Below are positions 17,742 to 27,222 of a stretch of DNA of 64,000 nt, in pieces. Made by a program: the position numbers and the translations under genes. Below the pieces are notes generated by a model. It was not told the DNA's origin and made no database searches. It saw only the letters and a program-made list of their open reading frames with translations. The number at the start of each line of letters is the position of its first letter. Positions within the stretch are counted from its first letter, which is position 1. The stretch lies in NCBI GenBank assembly GCA_963666215.2, contig CAXWPL010000005.1, forward strand, positions 864,001 through 928,000, written 5' to 3'. This DNA is from Acidobacteriota bacterium. Lineage in GTDB: Bacteria; Acidobacteriota; UBA890; WLXD01.

Positions 17742-19163
17742 CTAGTTGTCGATCGTCCGGCCACGCCCGAGTCGCTCGTGGGCCCCAGCCAGGTCCCGCG
17801 AGGTGAACGCGGCCATCAGCGAAAGCTCGCCGGCGAGTACCGCGGCGCCAAGAATCTCAGCCAGCCTGCGAACCGCGTACCCCGGCCGCTCGGGATCGGG
17901 GAGAGCGTTCATCAGCGCCAGCGCCTCGTGTTGTGTTGCGAGCCCGGTACCACCGCCGATCGCCGCAATCGGCACGTCGGGTAGAAAAACCGACACCATC
18001 ACGCTGTCACGATCGCCAGGCGCCCTCTCGATGCAGGTCACCCCCATCGACGCTTCCGCAACGTGAGCGAGATCTTGACCTGTGGCCAGGAAGAATGCCG
18101 CGATAACGTTGGCGAAATGCGCGTTGGCGCCGATCGCCCCGGCGGCGATCGAGCCCAGCAGGTTCTTGCGATACTGCACCTCTGCCAGCGCCGCGGCGTT
18201 GGTCTTGAGGCGCTCGAGGATCTCCTGATTCAGAACCACCTCGGCGTGCACACGTTTGCCCCGGCCTTCCTGGAAGTTGACCGCAGCGGGCTTCTTGTCG
18301 ACGCAGTAATTGCCCGAAAGCGCGACGCAATGCACATCGGTCTCGGGCTCGATGAGCCTATGGACGACGCGGTCGCAAGCGATCGTTGCCATGTTCATTC
18401 CCATGGCGTCGCCTGACTCGAAGCGGAACCGTAAGAACACGGTCGTTCCGAAGGCGTACGATCGGATGTCGAGCAATTTGAGGTGCCCACTCGTACTCTC
18501 CGCGACCTCGCGAATACGATCCTCCGACTCGGTCACCCACGCGATGAAGCGGCGGTTCTCGACGATACCTGTGGTTCTAAACACCGGAGCCCGAGTCATT
18601 CCCACTTCTTCGACTCGAACCGTCGCCCCGCCGGCCGCGCTGATCGCCGAACAGCCTCGATTGATGCTGGCCACCAACGCGCCCTCCGTGGTCGCCAGCG
18701 GCAAGTACACGTCCTCGTCGATGACGTGCTCTCCGAGCACTCTGAGCGGACCCGCAACTCCCATCGGCACCTGCGCCGCGCCGATGAAGTTCTCGCAGTG
18801 GCGGCTCGAGGCTAGCTCTGCGTCGAACGAGTAGTGGCTGATGTGGTCGAAGGAGATCTCGGCGTCCCGAGGCTCACTCGCGCCGGCGGTCCGGTTGGCG
18901 CTGGCGATGTGCCGCACTGCCCGCCGACGCGCTTCCGCCGCATCGGAAGCCGCGATCTCGCCGCCGAGTTGATGCAAACGCCGCTCGCCGGCGACGAGCT
19001 GCTCGACTATCGCATCCAGGCGACCGGCGGAATCCTGCTGCTCGAGCTCGGCGCCCTCATCACTCGAGTCGGCCGTTGATCGAGGGCCCGACTCGGAACA
19101 GTCGACTTCCGGGTCAATCTCCTCCGACGCCCCCGAGATCGACGCGGACACAGGTTCGCTCAT
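17742..19163 (-). CDS. hmgA: HMG-CoA reductase, class I (NADPH, archaeal/eukaryote type)
   Basis: CENFIG, PLATTEGALVAS, GDAMGMNM, SGNYCVDKKP, EGRGK, TGQD, LAGELSLMAA, AHERLGR. Confidence 0.95.
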   Translation of the reverse strand: MSEPVSASISGASEEIDPEVDCSESGPRSTADSSDEGAELEQQDSAGRLDAIVEQLVAGERRLHQLGGEIAASDAAEARRRAVRHIASANRTAGASEPRDAEISFDHISHYSFDAELASSRHCENFIGAAQVPMGVAGPLRVLGEHVIDEDVYLPLATTEGALVASINRGCSAISAAGGATVRVEEVGMTRAPVFRTTGIVENRRFIAWVTESEDRIREVAESTSGHLKLLDIRSYAFGTTVFLRFRFESGDAMGMNMATIACDRVVHRLIEPETDVHCVALSGNYCVDKKPAAVNFQEGRGKRVHAEVVLNQEILERLKTNAAALAEVQYRKNLLGSIAAGAIGANAHFANVIAAFFLATGQDLAHVAEASMGVTCIERAPGDRDSVMVSVFLPDVPIAAIGGGTGLATQHEALALMNALPDPERPGYAVRRLAEILGAAVLAGELSLMAAFTSRDLAGAHERLGRGRTIDN

Positions 19164-19166
19164 CGA

Positions 19167-20300
19167 TCAGATCCTCCGCCGCACCAGCGGCGTGCCTGCA
19201 AGTGACTCGAGGTCTGCCGCGCCAACGCAGAACATACAGATGCGCAGCTCGTGGAGTGTCCTGCGCATCGAGGCGACGACCGTGGCGGCCGATTCGGTGG
19301 CGCCTTGCAGGAACGGCCGCGCCAGCCCGACGATGTCGGCTCCCATCGCAATCGCCTTGCCTACGTCGAGGCCGTTGCGCACGCCACCACTGCCAATCGT
19401 GATCGTGTCGGGCAGCGCCGATACGGCGGCAATGCTGTCGGGTGTAGGCACGCCCCAGTCGGCGAACAGCTCGCCGAGCGCCGCATCGTCGGCCCGAGCG
19501 GCCTCGATTCGGGCCCAACTTGTCCCACCCAACCCAGCGGTGTCAATCACGCGGACTCCTGCGTCGAACAGCTGTCGAGCAACCGTCGGCGACATACCCA
19601 TGCCGATTTCCTTGACGATGACTGGCACCTCGAGCTCCTCGACAACCTTCGCGATCTTCGCCAGCAGATGCGAAAAATTGGTGTCGCCCTCGGGCTGAAT
19701 TGCCTCCTGCAGTGGGTTCAGGTGCAACACCAACGCGTCGGCGCCGATCATCTCCACGGCCTCACGACACTGCGCGACATCGTAGCCGTAATTGAGCTGC
19801 ACCGCTCCTAAATTGGCCAGCAACGGCACGCTGGGCGCCAAATGGCGCACCTGGAAGGTGGAGCGCGCCGACGCTGAGGGATCCTCGATCGCTTTCCGCT
19901 GTGAGCCCACGCCGATCGCGACACCGACCTCCTCCGCTGCGATCGCCAGGTTGCGATTGATCGCGGCCGCCTCGGGCGTACCCCCGGTCATGCAGGAAAC
20001 CAGCAGCGGCGCGTTGAGCTGCTGACTCAGAAACGATGTCGACAGATCGACCGCGGCCATGTCGAGCTCCGGCAGCGCGCGGTGCTCGAACGCGTAGTGG
20101 TCGAAGTAGCGCGCCCCGAGCTGCATGTGCTCGCGCAATGCCAGCTGGATATGCTCCGCCTTGCGATCACGCTGGCCGGCCGCGTCTTCGGAAAGAGCTT
20201 CGCTGGCGCGACCATCGCCGGAAGGACCCACGTCGGAGACGGAGTCGTCGATTAATGTGGTCGAGTCGGTGGGTTTCATGGCGTCAGGATAGGGGCACAT
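19167..20300 (-). CDS. fni: Type 2 isopentenyl-diphosphate isomerase
   Basis: RKAEHI, MTGG, GVGSQR, HLNPLQEAIQPEGDTNF, KEIGMG, GGTSWARIE, SGGVRNG. Confidence 0.95.
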   Translation of the reverse strand: MCPYPDAMKPTDSTTLIDDSVSDVGPSGDGRASEALSEDAAGQRDRKAEHIQLALREHMQLGARYFDHYAFEHRALPELDMAAVDLSTSFLSQQLNAPLLVSCMTGGTPEAAAINRNLAIAAEEVGVAIGVGSQRKAIEDPSASARSTFQVRHLAPSVPLLANLGAVQLNYGYDVAQCREAVEMIGADALVLHLNPLQEAIQPEGDTNFSHLLAKIAKVVEELEVPVIVKEIGMGMSPTVARQLFDAGVRVIDTAGLGGTSWARIEAARADDAALGELFADWGVPTPDSIAAVSALPDTITIGSGGVRNGLDVGKAIAMGADIVGLARPFLQGATESAATVVASMRRTLHELRICMFCVGAADLESLAGTPLVRRRI

Positions 20301-20309
20301 CCGTTGCTG

Positions 20310-21110
20310 TCAAACTTCGTCGCTCCCGGGACGGGTGCCGGCAATGAGCTCTTGGGCGAAGTTCGCCAGGCGCGTAGCGCTGCGGTTCATCCGGGTTCGC
20401 AGACGCAGCAGGGCTGCCACGGAACGCGGCCGCCAGATTGCCTTGCCCACCACCTTGCGCTGATCGATGCTGCCGTCCTGGCGCCGGCAGTCTTCGAGAA
20501 AAGACGGGAGGCTCTCGCCCGCCGTGTCGGTGATCGCTCGCACGATCAGGTACGGAAGCCCATACGCGGTCGCTACTCGCGCGAAACAGGCCGACTCCAT
20601 GTCTACCGCCGCGGGCTGATCGCGCTCGGTCTGCCCCCACCAATGCTGCTTGCCTTCCGGAGTTGCGACGATCTCGTCAACCGTCACCAGGCGACCGAGC
20701 TCGTAGGACTCGCCAGTAACGGCCACCTCCTCGAGCCACTGCAGATCGGGACGCGCCAGAACGTCGTTACCCTCGAGAACCTCACTCGATACGACCAACT
20801 CGCCAACCTTGAGCTTGCCGGATAGGGCTCCGGCAATCCCGAGCGCCAGCACGCGGCGCGGCGTGCACTTCTGGATGAGCTTGCGCAATCCGATATCGGC
20901 GTTGCGCTTGCCATCGCCGGTGACGCAGAGCACCACCGGGACGCCTTGGATGAGCCCTTGTGTGTAGCGTGCCGGGCCGTTCTTGATTTCCACTCGCTCG
21001 CGCACACGTTCGCGCAGGACGACGATCTCGTCCTCCATGGCCGTTACGACCGCAATCAGCTCGTCGCTCTCGGGCTCGCGGCCGCTGGGTCTGGTTGCCC
21101 TACTTGTCAT
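20310..21110 (-). CDS. hpnG: Nucleoside phosphorylase/MTA-SAH nucleosidase fold, HpnG-like
   Basis: AVVTAMEDE, TGDGKRNA, GIAGAL, AVDMESA, VRAITDTAGESLP; downstream of shc-hpnH-hpnA. Confidence 0.7.
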   Translation of the reverse strand: MTSRATRPSGREPESDELIAVVTAMEDEIVVLRERVRERVEIKNGPARYTQGLIQGVPVVLCVTGDGKRNADIGLRKLIQKCTPRRVLALGIAGALSGKLKVGELVVSSEVLEGNDVLARPDLQWLEEVAVTGESYELGRLVTVDEIVATPEGKQHWWGQTERDQPAAVDMESACFARVATAYGLPYLIVRAITDTAGESLPSFLEDCRRQDGSIDQRKVVGKAIWRPRSVAALLRLRTRMNRSATRLANFAQELIAGTRPGSDEV

Positions 21111-21181
21111 AACCGTGATCTCGAAACCACTGCACCGCGCGTTGGAGCGCAGCTTCGACCGGGCTCTGGGGGAGCCCTAGC

Positions 21182-22224
21182 TGTGTTTTCTAAGTAGGTT
21201 GTTCACATCGGGGCTCACTTCTGAGATCAATGGGGTTGTTCAAAAGACTCCACGACCTCAGAAGGAGTGCCCGATGCAGCTGCATGGTAACGCCCGCACG
21301 ACGCCGTATATACGCCGAGAGATGGTCCGCCGAGTCCGGGAGCGGGCGGAGCCCGTGACGGAAACGGCGGCGGCGCTCGGCGTGTCGGCTCGAACGGTTT
21401 ACAAGTGGCTGGATAGATACGAGCGAGAAGGTGAGGCCGGGCTGCTCGATCGATCAAGCCGGCCGACGTGCTGTCCGCACGCAACAAGCGCTGGAGTTGT
21501 GAGGCAGATCGACAAGCTACGTCGGCGGCGACTGACGGCCTGGCAGATCAGCCGAAGGTTGGCTGTGCCGCGCTCGACCGTCTCGGCGTGGCTGAAGCGG
21601 CTCGGACTCGCCAAGCTTGATGCGCTCGAGCCCAAGCCCGAGATCGTTCGCTACGAGTACGAGCACCCCGGTGACCTACTGCACCTGGATACGAAGAAAC
21701 TGGCCCGTATCCGGCGACCTGGACACCGCATCCACGGCGACCGCTCCAAGCGGGCCTACGGCGTCGGCTGGGAGAACGCCCACGTCGCTATCGACGATCA
21801 CTCTCGGGTGGCGTACGTCGAAGTGCTGCCCGCCGAAGACCAACACACCTGCACAGCGTTCCTGCAGCGAGCCGTCGAGCACTTCGCTTCGATGGGAGTA
21901 GCGGTGCGCCGAGTGATGACAGACAACGGGCCTGGCTACGTCTCGAAGCGCTTCAATCGCCTATGCCATCAACTCGAGATCCGGCACATTTACACCCGGC
22001 CCTACACCCCCAGAACCAACGGCAAAGCCGAACGCTTCATCCGCACACTCAAGGAGCAGTGGGCCTACGGCACCTGCTACCAGACCTCAGCTCGACGTAC
22101 TCGAGCTCTACGGCCCTGGCTCAACCACTACAATCGTCACCGTCCCCACGCCGGCATCGGCATGACACCGCCGATCGCTCGGCTCTCAGGGGTGAGTTCG
22201 TGAACAACCTACCTAGAACTCACA
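21182..22224 (+). mobile_element. IS481-family insertion sequence, 1043 bp
   Basis: Ends TGT...ACA; 25-bp terminal IRs match 22/25 (TGTGTTTTCTAAGTAGGTTGTTCAC vs TGTGAGTTCTAGGTAGGTTGTTCAC); direct repeat CCTAGC at 21176-21181 and 22225-22230. Confidence 0.96.
21274..22203 (+). CDS. IS481-family DDE transposase
   Basis: GAAGGAG RBS; HGNARTT, RYEYEHPGDLLHLDTKKL, IDDHSR, TDNG, RPYTPRTNGKAERF, YNRHRPH. Confidence 0.95.
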   Translation: MQLHGNARTTPYIRREMVRRVRERAEPVTETAAALGVSARTVYKWLDRYEREGEAGLLDRSSRPTCCPHATSAGVVRQIDKLRRRRLTAWQISRRLAVPRSTVSAWLKRLGLAKLDALEPKPEIVRYEYEHPGDLLHLDTKKLARIRRPGHRIHGDRSKRAYGVGWENAHVAIDDHSRVAYVEVLPAEDQHTCTAFLQRAVEHFASMGVAVRRVMTDNGPGYVSKRFNRLCHQLEIRHIYTRPYTPRTNGKAERFIRTLKEQWAYGTCYQTSARRTRALRPWLNHYNRHRPHAGIGMTPPIARLSGVSS

Positions 22225-22641
22225 CCTAGCTCCTCGATTGCCCGGCATGGATCGAAGTACATGCGATGGCGCGACATTCGAACCGCCTCAACGGTGACCC
22301 GCGGCTGGCGCCCGAGCAAGCGCGAGGCGCCCTCGTCGCAGCCGAAGGTCGAACGCGATCAAGGGTGCCGGAAACGGCATCGCCGCGCCGGTCAGGGTCT
22401 CCGGCAGCAGCCACCAGATCACCCTCGACGAGCCTCGCGCCCAAGCCTTCGATGTTGTCGCAGCGTGCTCCAGCCCGCACGAGGCAGCGCACCTCGTCAC
22501 CCCGACGATGCAGCGCTTCGGCAACGTGAGAGCCTATGAAACCGGTCGCACCGGTGACGAACGACACAGTCATCGAGCGTATTCAGATCGAGCGGACGGC
22601 TTAGAGAACGCGCCCCGAAGGCGCACCATCGCGGCTCGTGC

Positions 22642-23643
22642 TCAGCCCAGGAAGTTCCACTTGGCCATCCGCAACATGTCGCGAGGGCTCTTGACGAGCT
22701 CCTTGACGACGGAGGCTTCGAAGCCCGAGTGCATGGCGCAGTTCTGGCACCTTCGGTCCTGCCGCGACTCCCAATACTCCCAATCGACCCCCTCCCAGAA
22801 CTCCTCCCAGGTGTCGAAGTACTTCTCGCCAATCAAGTAGCACGGTCCCTTCCAGCCGAGTGGCGTATAGGTAACAGTGCTCCAGGGTGAGCACGAGTAG
22901 TCGCGCATCCCGGCGGCGAACTCGAGAAACATCGGCGTAGAGTTGAGCCGGTATTCCTCTGCGAACTCGAGCACGGGCTTGAACTTGGCCTCGATGTCCC
23001 GGCGAGTCAGGAAGATGTCGCGATCGATCTGCTCGTAGTGGTACCCAGGCGAGATCAGCATGCCGTCGACGCCGAGCGCGGTCATCTGCGAGCACAGCTG
23101 CTCCACCTCGTCGATGTCGGTTTCCTTGAACACCGTCGTGTTGGTGAACACGTGATAGCCGCGCTCGATGCAGGCCTCCACCATCTCCACCGCGGTGTCG
23201 AACACGCCCTCGCGGTCGGTGACGTAGTCGTGGGTCTCGCGCATCCCGTCGAGGTGAACGTTGATCGTCAATCGCTTGTCCGGTGGGACGCAATCGAAGA
23301 GCCTCTTTTCGATCAGCAACGCGTTGGTGCACAGGTAGATATGCTTGCCGCGCTCGATAATTCCCTCGACGAGCTCGGGCAGCTCGGGGTACATGAGCGG
23401 CTCACCACCGCAAATCGAGACAATGGGAGCCTCCGCGGCATCGACGGCGGCCAGACAGCTCTTCAAGGAAAGCCTGTCGACGAGCTTGCCCGTGTGGCGC
23501 TCCGGCGTGCAGCCGATACAGGCCAAGTTGCAGGCGTAGAGAGGCTCGAGCATCAAGACGAACGGATAACGCTCGCGCCCGGCACGTGCATTCCGCCACT
23601 GATGCTTGATGTTGTCGGTGGTGATGTGCAGCGGAAATCGCAT
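22642..23643 (-). CDS. hpnH: Adenosyl-hopene transferase, radical SAM
   Basis: YPFVLMLEPLYACNLACIGC, SICGGEPL, CSPW, PCYL, RCQNCAMHSGFE; starts 10 bp after the shc stop. Confidence 0.93.
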   Translation of the reverse strand: MRFPLHITTDNIKHQWRNARAGRERYPFVLMLEPLYACNLACIGCTPERHTGKLVDRLSLKSCLAAVDAAEAPIVSICGGEPLMYPELPELVEGIIERGKHIYLCTNALLIEKRLFDCVPPDKRLTINVHLDGMRETHDYVTDREGVFDTAVEMVEACIERGYHVFTNTTVFKETDIDEVEQLCSQMTALGVDGMLISPGYHYEQIDRDIFLTRRDIEAKFKPVLEFAEEYRLNSTPMFLEFAAGMRDYSCSPWSTVTYTPLGWKGPCYLIGEKYFDTWEEFWEGVDWEYWESRQDRRCQNCAMHSGFEASVVKELVKSPRDMLRMAKWNFLG

Positions 23644-23652
23644 CGTCGGGCC

Positions 23653-25638
23653 CTAGCCGCGGCCGTCGGTGAGGGCTCGATAAACGCCGAGGGCTTCGAG
23701 AGGGAAATAGGTCGCGTACAAATGGTAGCGCAGGTAGAAAACCTTGGGGAATCCGGTGCCGGTCCAGTACTCGTCGCGCCAGGTGCCGTCCTGCCGCTGC
23801 GTGCGCAGCAGGTGGTCCACTCCGCGGCGCACCGCGTTGGATTCGACGTCCCCCACCCGCAGCAGGCCCAGCAGCCCCCAGGCCGTCTGCGACGCGGTGC
23901 TGTGACCGCGGCCTTTGCTCTCCGGGTCGACGTATGAACCGTACGTCTCGCCCCAGCCGCCGTCGTCGTTCTGGCGTGAGCGAATCCACGCGGTCGCCCG
24001 CTGCACCGCAGGAGCCGACGGGCTCTCGCCCGCCGCGCTGAGAGCCCGCAGCGCCAGCCAGGTCCCGTACAGGTAGTTGCAGCCCCAGCGTCCGTACCAC
24101 GAGCCATCCGGCTCCTGGGTACGCCGGATGAATTCGAGCCCGCGCCGGACGGGCTCGTCGGAGCGATCGAAGCCGTAGCGATGCAGCGCGATCAGCGTGC
24201 GCGACGTGATGTCTGCCGTGCTTGGATCGATCATCGCGTTGTGGTCGGCAAAGGGCACGTAGGTAAGGATTTCCTTGTCGCATCCCTTGTCGAAAGCAGC
24301 CCAGCCGCCGTCGCGGTTCTGCATCGACAGCTGCCATCGCAACGCCCGTTCGATCGCGCCTTTGCGACGGGCTTCCAGCTCCGGCTCATCGAACCTGATG
24401 TGGCTGAGGCACATCAGCGCCTCGGCGGTATCGTCGCAGTCGGGATAGAACTCGTTGGCATACTCGAAGTACCAGCCGCCGGGCTCGACGTGAGGCAACT
24501 TCACTTGCCAATCGCCCGCCTGCTTGACTTCCCTGTCGAGAACCCAGCGCGCTGCCCGCTGCATCGGCGCCGAACCCGGCTCGGTGCCCGCATCGAGCAG
24601 GGCGTTCATTGTCAGCACCGTGTCCCACACCGGCGAGAAGCACGGCTGCAGCCGCAACGTATCGCCCTCCTCGATCTCCAGCTTCTCGAGCTCCTCGAGC
24701 TGCTTGAGAATCAGCGGCTCGTCAACCCTGTGGCCGAGACTATGGAAAGCGTAGATGCAGTTGACAATGGGCGGGAAGATCGCACCGAGGCCGTCGCTGC
24801 TCTCGAGGCGCTCGAGAATCCACTCCTCGGCACGCTCCAATGCACGCTCGCGCAACGGCGTCAGCGACATGCCCTCGGCCATCTTCAGCGAACGATCCAA
24901 CGCGAAGAACAGGCGCCGCCAAATGCGCGCTGTATGCGTGTTGTGCGGCGCCACCGGCAGCCGGGAGCCTTCGACGAGCAGCTCCGGAATATGGGCGTAT
25001 GCCGGAATGTCGCAGAACGGCTTGCGCGCCCAGATGATGCTCAGCGGCACGACGATGGCTCGCGACCACGAGGACATCTCGTAGACGTTGAAATAGAACC
25101 AATTGGGCAGAAGGATGATCTCGGGTGGTACCGCGGGGCAGCGGTCCCAGGGGTACTGGCCGAAGATCGCCAGATAGATCTTCGTGAAGGAGTTGCACGC
25201 CTCGATTCCACCGAGCCGCAGAATCACGCCGCGCGCCGCACGCATGTGGGGCGCGTCGGGATCGTCGCCGAGGAGCTTGAGCACGAGGTAGTTCTTGACC
25301 GAGGCGCTGATTTCGGGCGGGCCGCCCGGGTAGATGGCCCAACCTCCGCCGCTCGGTCCGCCAAGCTGCTTGGCACGGATCGTGTTCCCGGCCTTGCGAG
25401 CCTTCTCGCAGTCGTGGCGGCCGACAAAGTGCATCAGCAGGATGTAATCCGATTCGAGGATCGAATCGCCCTCGAGCTCGGCGCACCAGTGTCCATCTTC
25501 CTACTGAATCGACAGCAGAAAATCTCGCGCGCCGTCGATCACCTGGTCGGCCGTTCGGCCAGCGCTGCTGGCGGCCTCCGGCACCCGCACCAGAGGCACC
25601 CCCGGTGCAGACACAGGTCCCTCGGGCAACTGAGTCAT
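23653..25638 (-). pseudogene. shc: Squalene-hopene cyclase with in-frame TAG at codon 46
   Basis: One frame from ATG 25638: MTQLPE...DFLLSIQ*EDGHWCAELEGDS...; catalytic DCDDTA; QW repeats (QNRDGGW, QEPDGSW, QNDDGGW, QRQDGTW); GTGFPKVFYLRYHLY. Confidence 0.92.
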
Positions 25639-25796
25639 CAGTGTTTTCGAACGTTGAATTGCAGCTACGCGCGCAGCGTGTGAACGGCGCCGAGCCCTAG
25701 GCGGGGCGAGTGTCGTTGTAAGCGGTCGAGCACCCAGCCAGTGTGCGCCCCCAACGCAGGCTCAATAACACTCGATAGCAGCGATACACGGCCGGT

Positions 25797-27185
25797 GTGC
25801 GGCCATCATACCGGGTCGTCGCGGCGACGCGACAGTGGCAGCATGCCAGTTCTCACATGTCGCCATGGGCGGGCGTCGAACGGCTTCGCCGCCTCTGGCG
25901 CATCGTGCTACGTTCGGCGAACATCGCTGACATCCTCCCCTCAGTCGCCCGATCCGATGCCCGACCGATGGACCCGATGGACAGGATTGACAGGATGCGC
26001 GCGGCTCTGGCTCACTGGCTCCTCTCGCCGCTACAGGGAGTCACCCTCGGAAGTTGGCTCCGGCTGCTCGTTGACGTGCGCTTCGCGGTAGACGGGCGAT
26101 ACTGGCCCCGAGCCGGGCTCACGACACTCACGGCCGCCGCCAACTCCGTGCAGGCGCTCATCGAGCGCATCGTCCACGGCCGCGAGCTCGATCGACTGAA
26201 GTCGGCGACGGCCAAGCGCCCGGAAAACCGACGGGCCGAGTCGGAATCGGGGCGTCCCGAGCCATCACCGGTGTTCATTCTCGGCCACTACCGCAGCGGT
26301 ACGACTCACCTGCAGAACCTGTTCGCAACCGACCCGCGCTTGGCGCACCCCAACAGCTATCAGGCAACTTTCCCTCGGACGTTCCTGACCACCGAGTGGC
26401 TCGGCGCTCGCATCGGTGGCCACCTGACGATGCGCAAGCGACCACACGACGACGTCCGGCTCGATCTCCAGGTGCCCACCGAGGACGAGCTTGCTCTCTG
26501 CGCCGACACCTTCCTCTCACCCCACATGGGCTGGCATTTTCCGACCCTCGAGCAACGCTATCGTCGTTATCTGACGTTTCGCGACGCCTCGAGCTCCGAA
26601 CGCGCCCGATGGGTGGCTTCACTCCGCGCGTTCGCCGCCAAGCTCGCCTTCAAGTACGGCAGGCGAATCGTGTTCAAGTCGCCGTGCCACACGGCCCGCG
26701 TGCCACTGCTGCTGGAAGCCTTCCCCGAGGCTCGCTTTGTCCACATTCACCGCCACCCGCTCGAGGTCTTTCTGTCGACACGCAACATGGAGCTCAAGGT
26801 CGCGCCGCTCTTTCAATACCAGGTTGCCCAGCTCGGCGGCACCGAAGAGCTCGAGGCAGCCGCAGAGCTCGACGAGCGCATCCTGTGGCGCTACCGCGCC
26901 ATGTATGAGGCTTTCTTCGAGGACCGCCACCTCATCCGCGAGGGGCGGATCGTCGACCTCGCCTATCATGAGCTGAGCTCCGATCCGGTTGGCACGATGG
27001 CGAAGATCTACGAGTCGCTCGATCTGCCGTCATTGAACGACATCGAACCGCGGCTGCGACGCTACTTGGATTCGCTCGCCGGCTACCAAAAGAACGTCTA
27101 CGGACCGCTGCCGGCGACCACGCGGCAGCTCGTTCGTGAGCAGTGGGGCTTCACCTTCTCCGAGTGGGGATACGACGCGACATGA
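25797..27185 (+). CDS. PAPS-dependent sulfotransferase (Sulfotransfer_3, Stf3-like)
   Basis: PVFILGHYRSGTTHL, FKSPCHTAR, FPEARFVHIHRHP; real start probably about 25968-25995; divergent from shc. Confidence 0.85.
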   Translation: MRPSYRVVAATRQWQHASSHMSPWAGVERLRRLWRIVLRSANIADILPSVARSDARPMDPMDRIDRMRAALAHWLLSPLQGVTLGSWLRLLVDVRFAVDGRYWPRAGLTTLTAAANSVQALIERIVHGRELDRLKSATAKRPENRRAESESGRPEPSPVFILGHYRSGTTHLQNLFATDPRLAHPNSYQATFPRTFLTTEWLGARIGGHLTMRKRPHDDVRLDLQVPTEDELALCADTFLSPHMGWHFPTLEQRYRRYLTFRDASSSERARWVASLRAFAAKLAFKYGRRIVFKSPCHTARVPLLLEAFPEARFVHIHRHPLEVFLSTRNMELKVAPLFQYQVAQLGGTEELEAAAELDERILWRYRAMYEAFFEDRHLIREGRIVDLAYHELSSDPVGTMAKIYESLDLPSLNDIEPRLRRYLDSLAGYQKNVYGPLPATTRQLVREQWGFTFSEWGYDAT

Positions 27186-27222
27186 CTGTTGGCGACAGCC
27201 ACCGGACAACCGAAAGTTGCAC

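Larger units (their letters stand above)
21100..22573 (-). pseudogene. hpnA: Hopanoid-associated sugar epimerase, internally deleted and IS-interrupted
   Basis: N-terminus MTVSFVTGATGFIGSHV...LVEGDL, then jumps to C-terminus RQPRVTVEAVRMSRHRMYFDPCRAIEELG / [IS] / LPQSPVEAALQRAVQWFRDHGYDK*; stop at 21100-21102. Confidence 0.85.

Noticed and set aside
23653-25638. Oxidosqualene cyclase and sterol pathway suggested by the Bst-like genes
   Set aside because: The DCDDTA motif and hpnH linkage indicate SHC; no squalene epoxidase is in the window.
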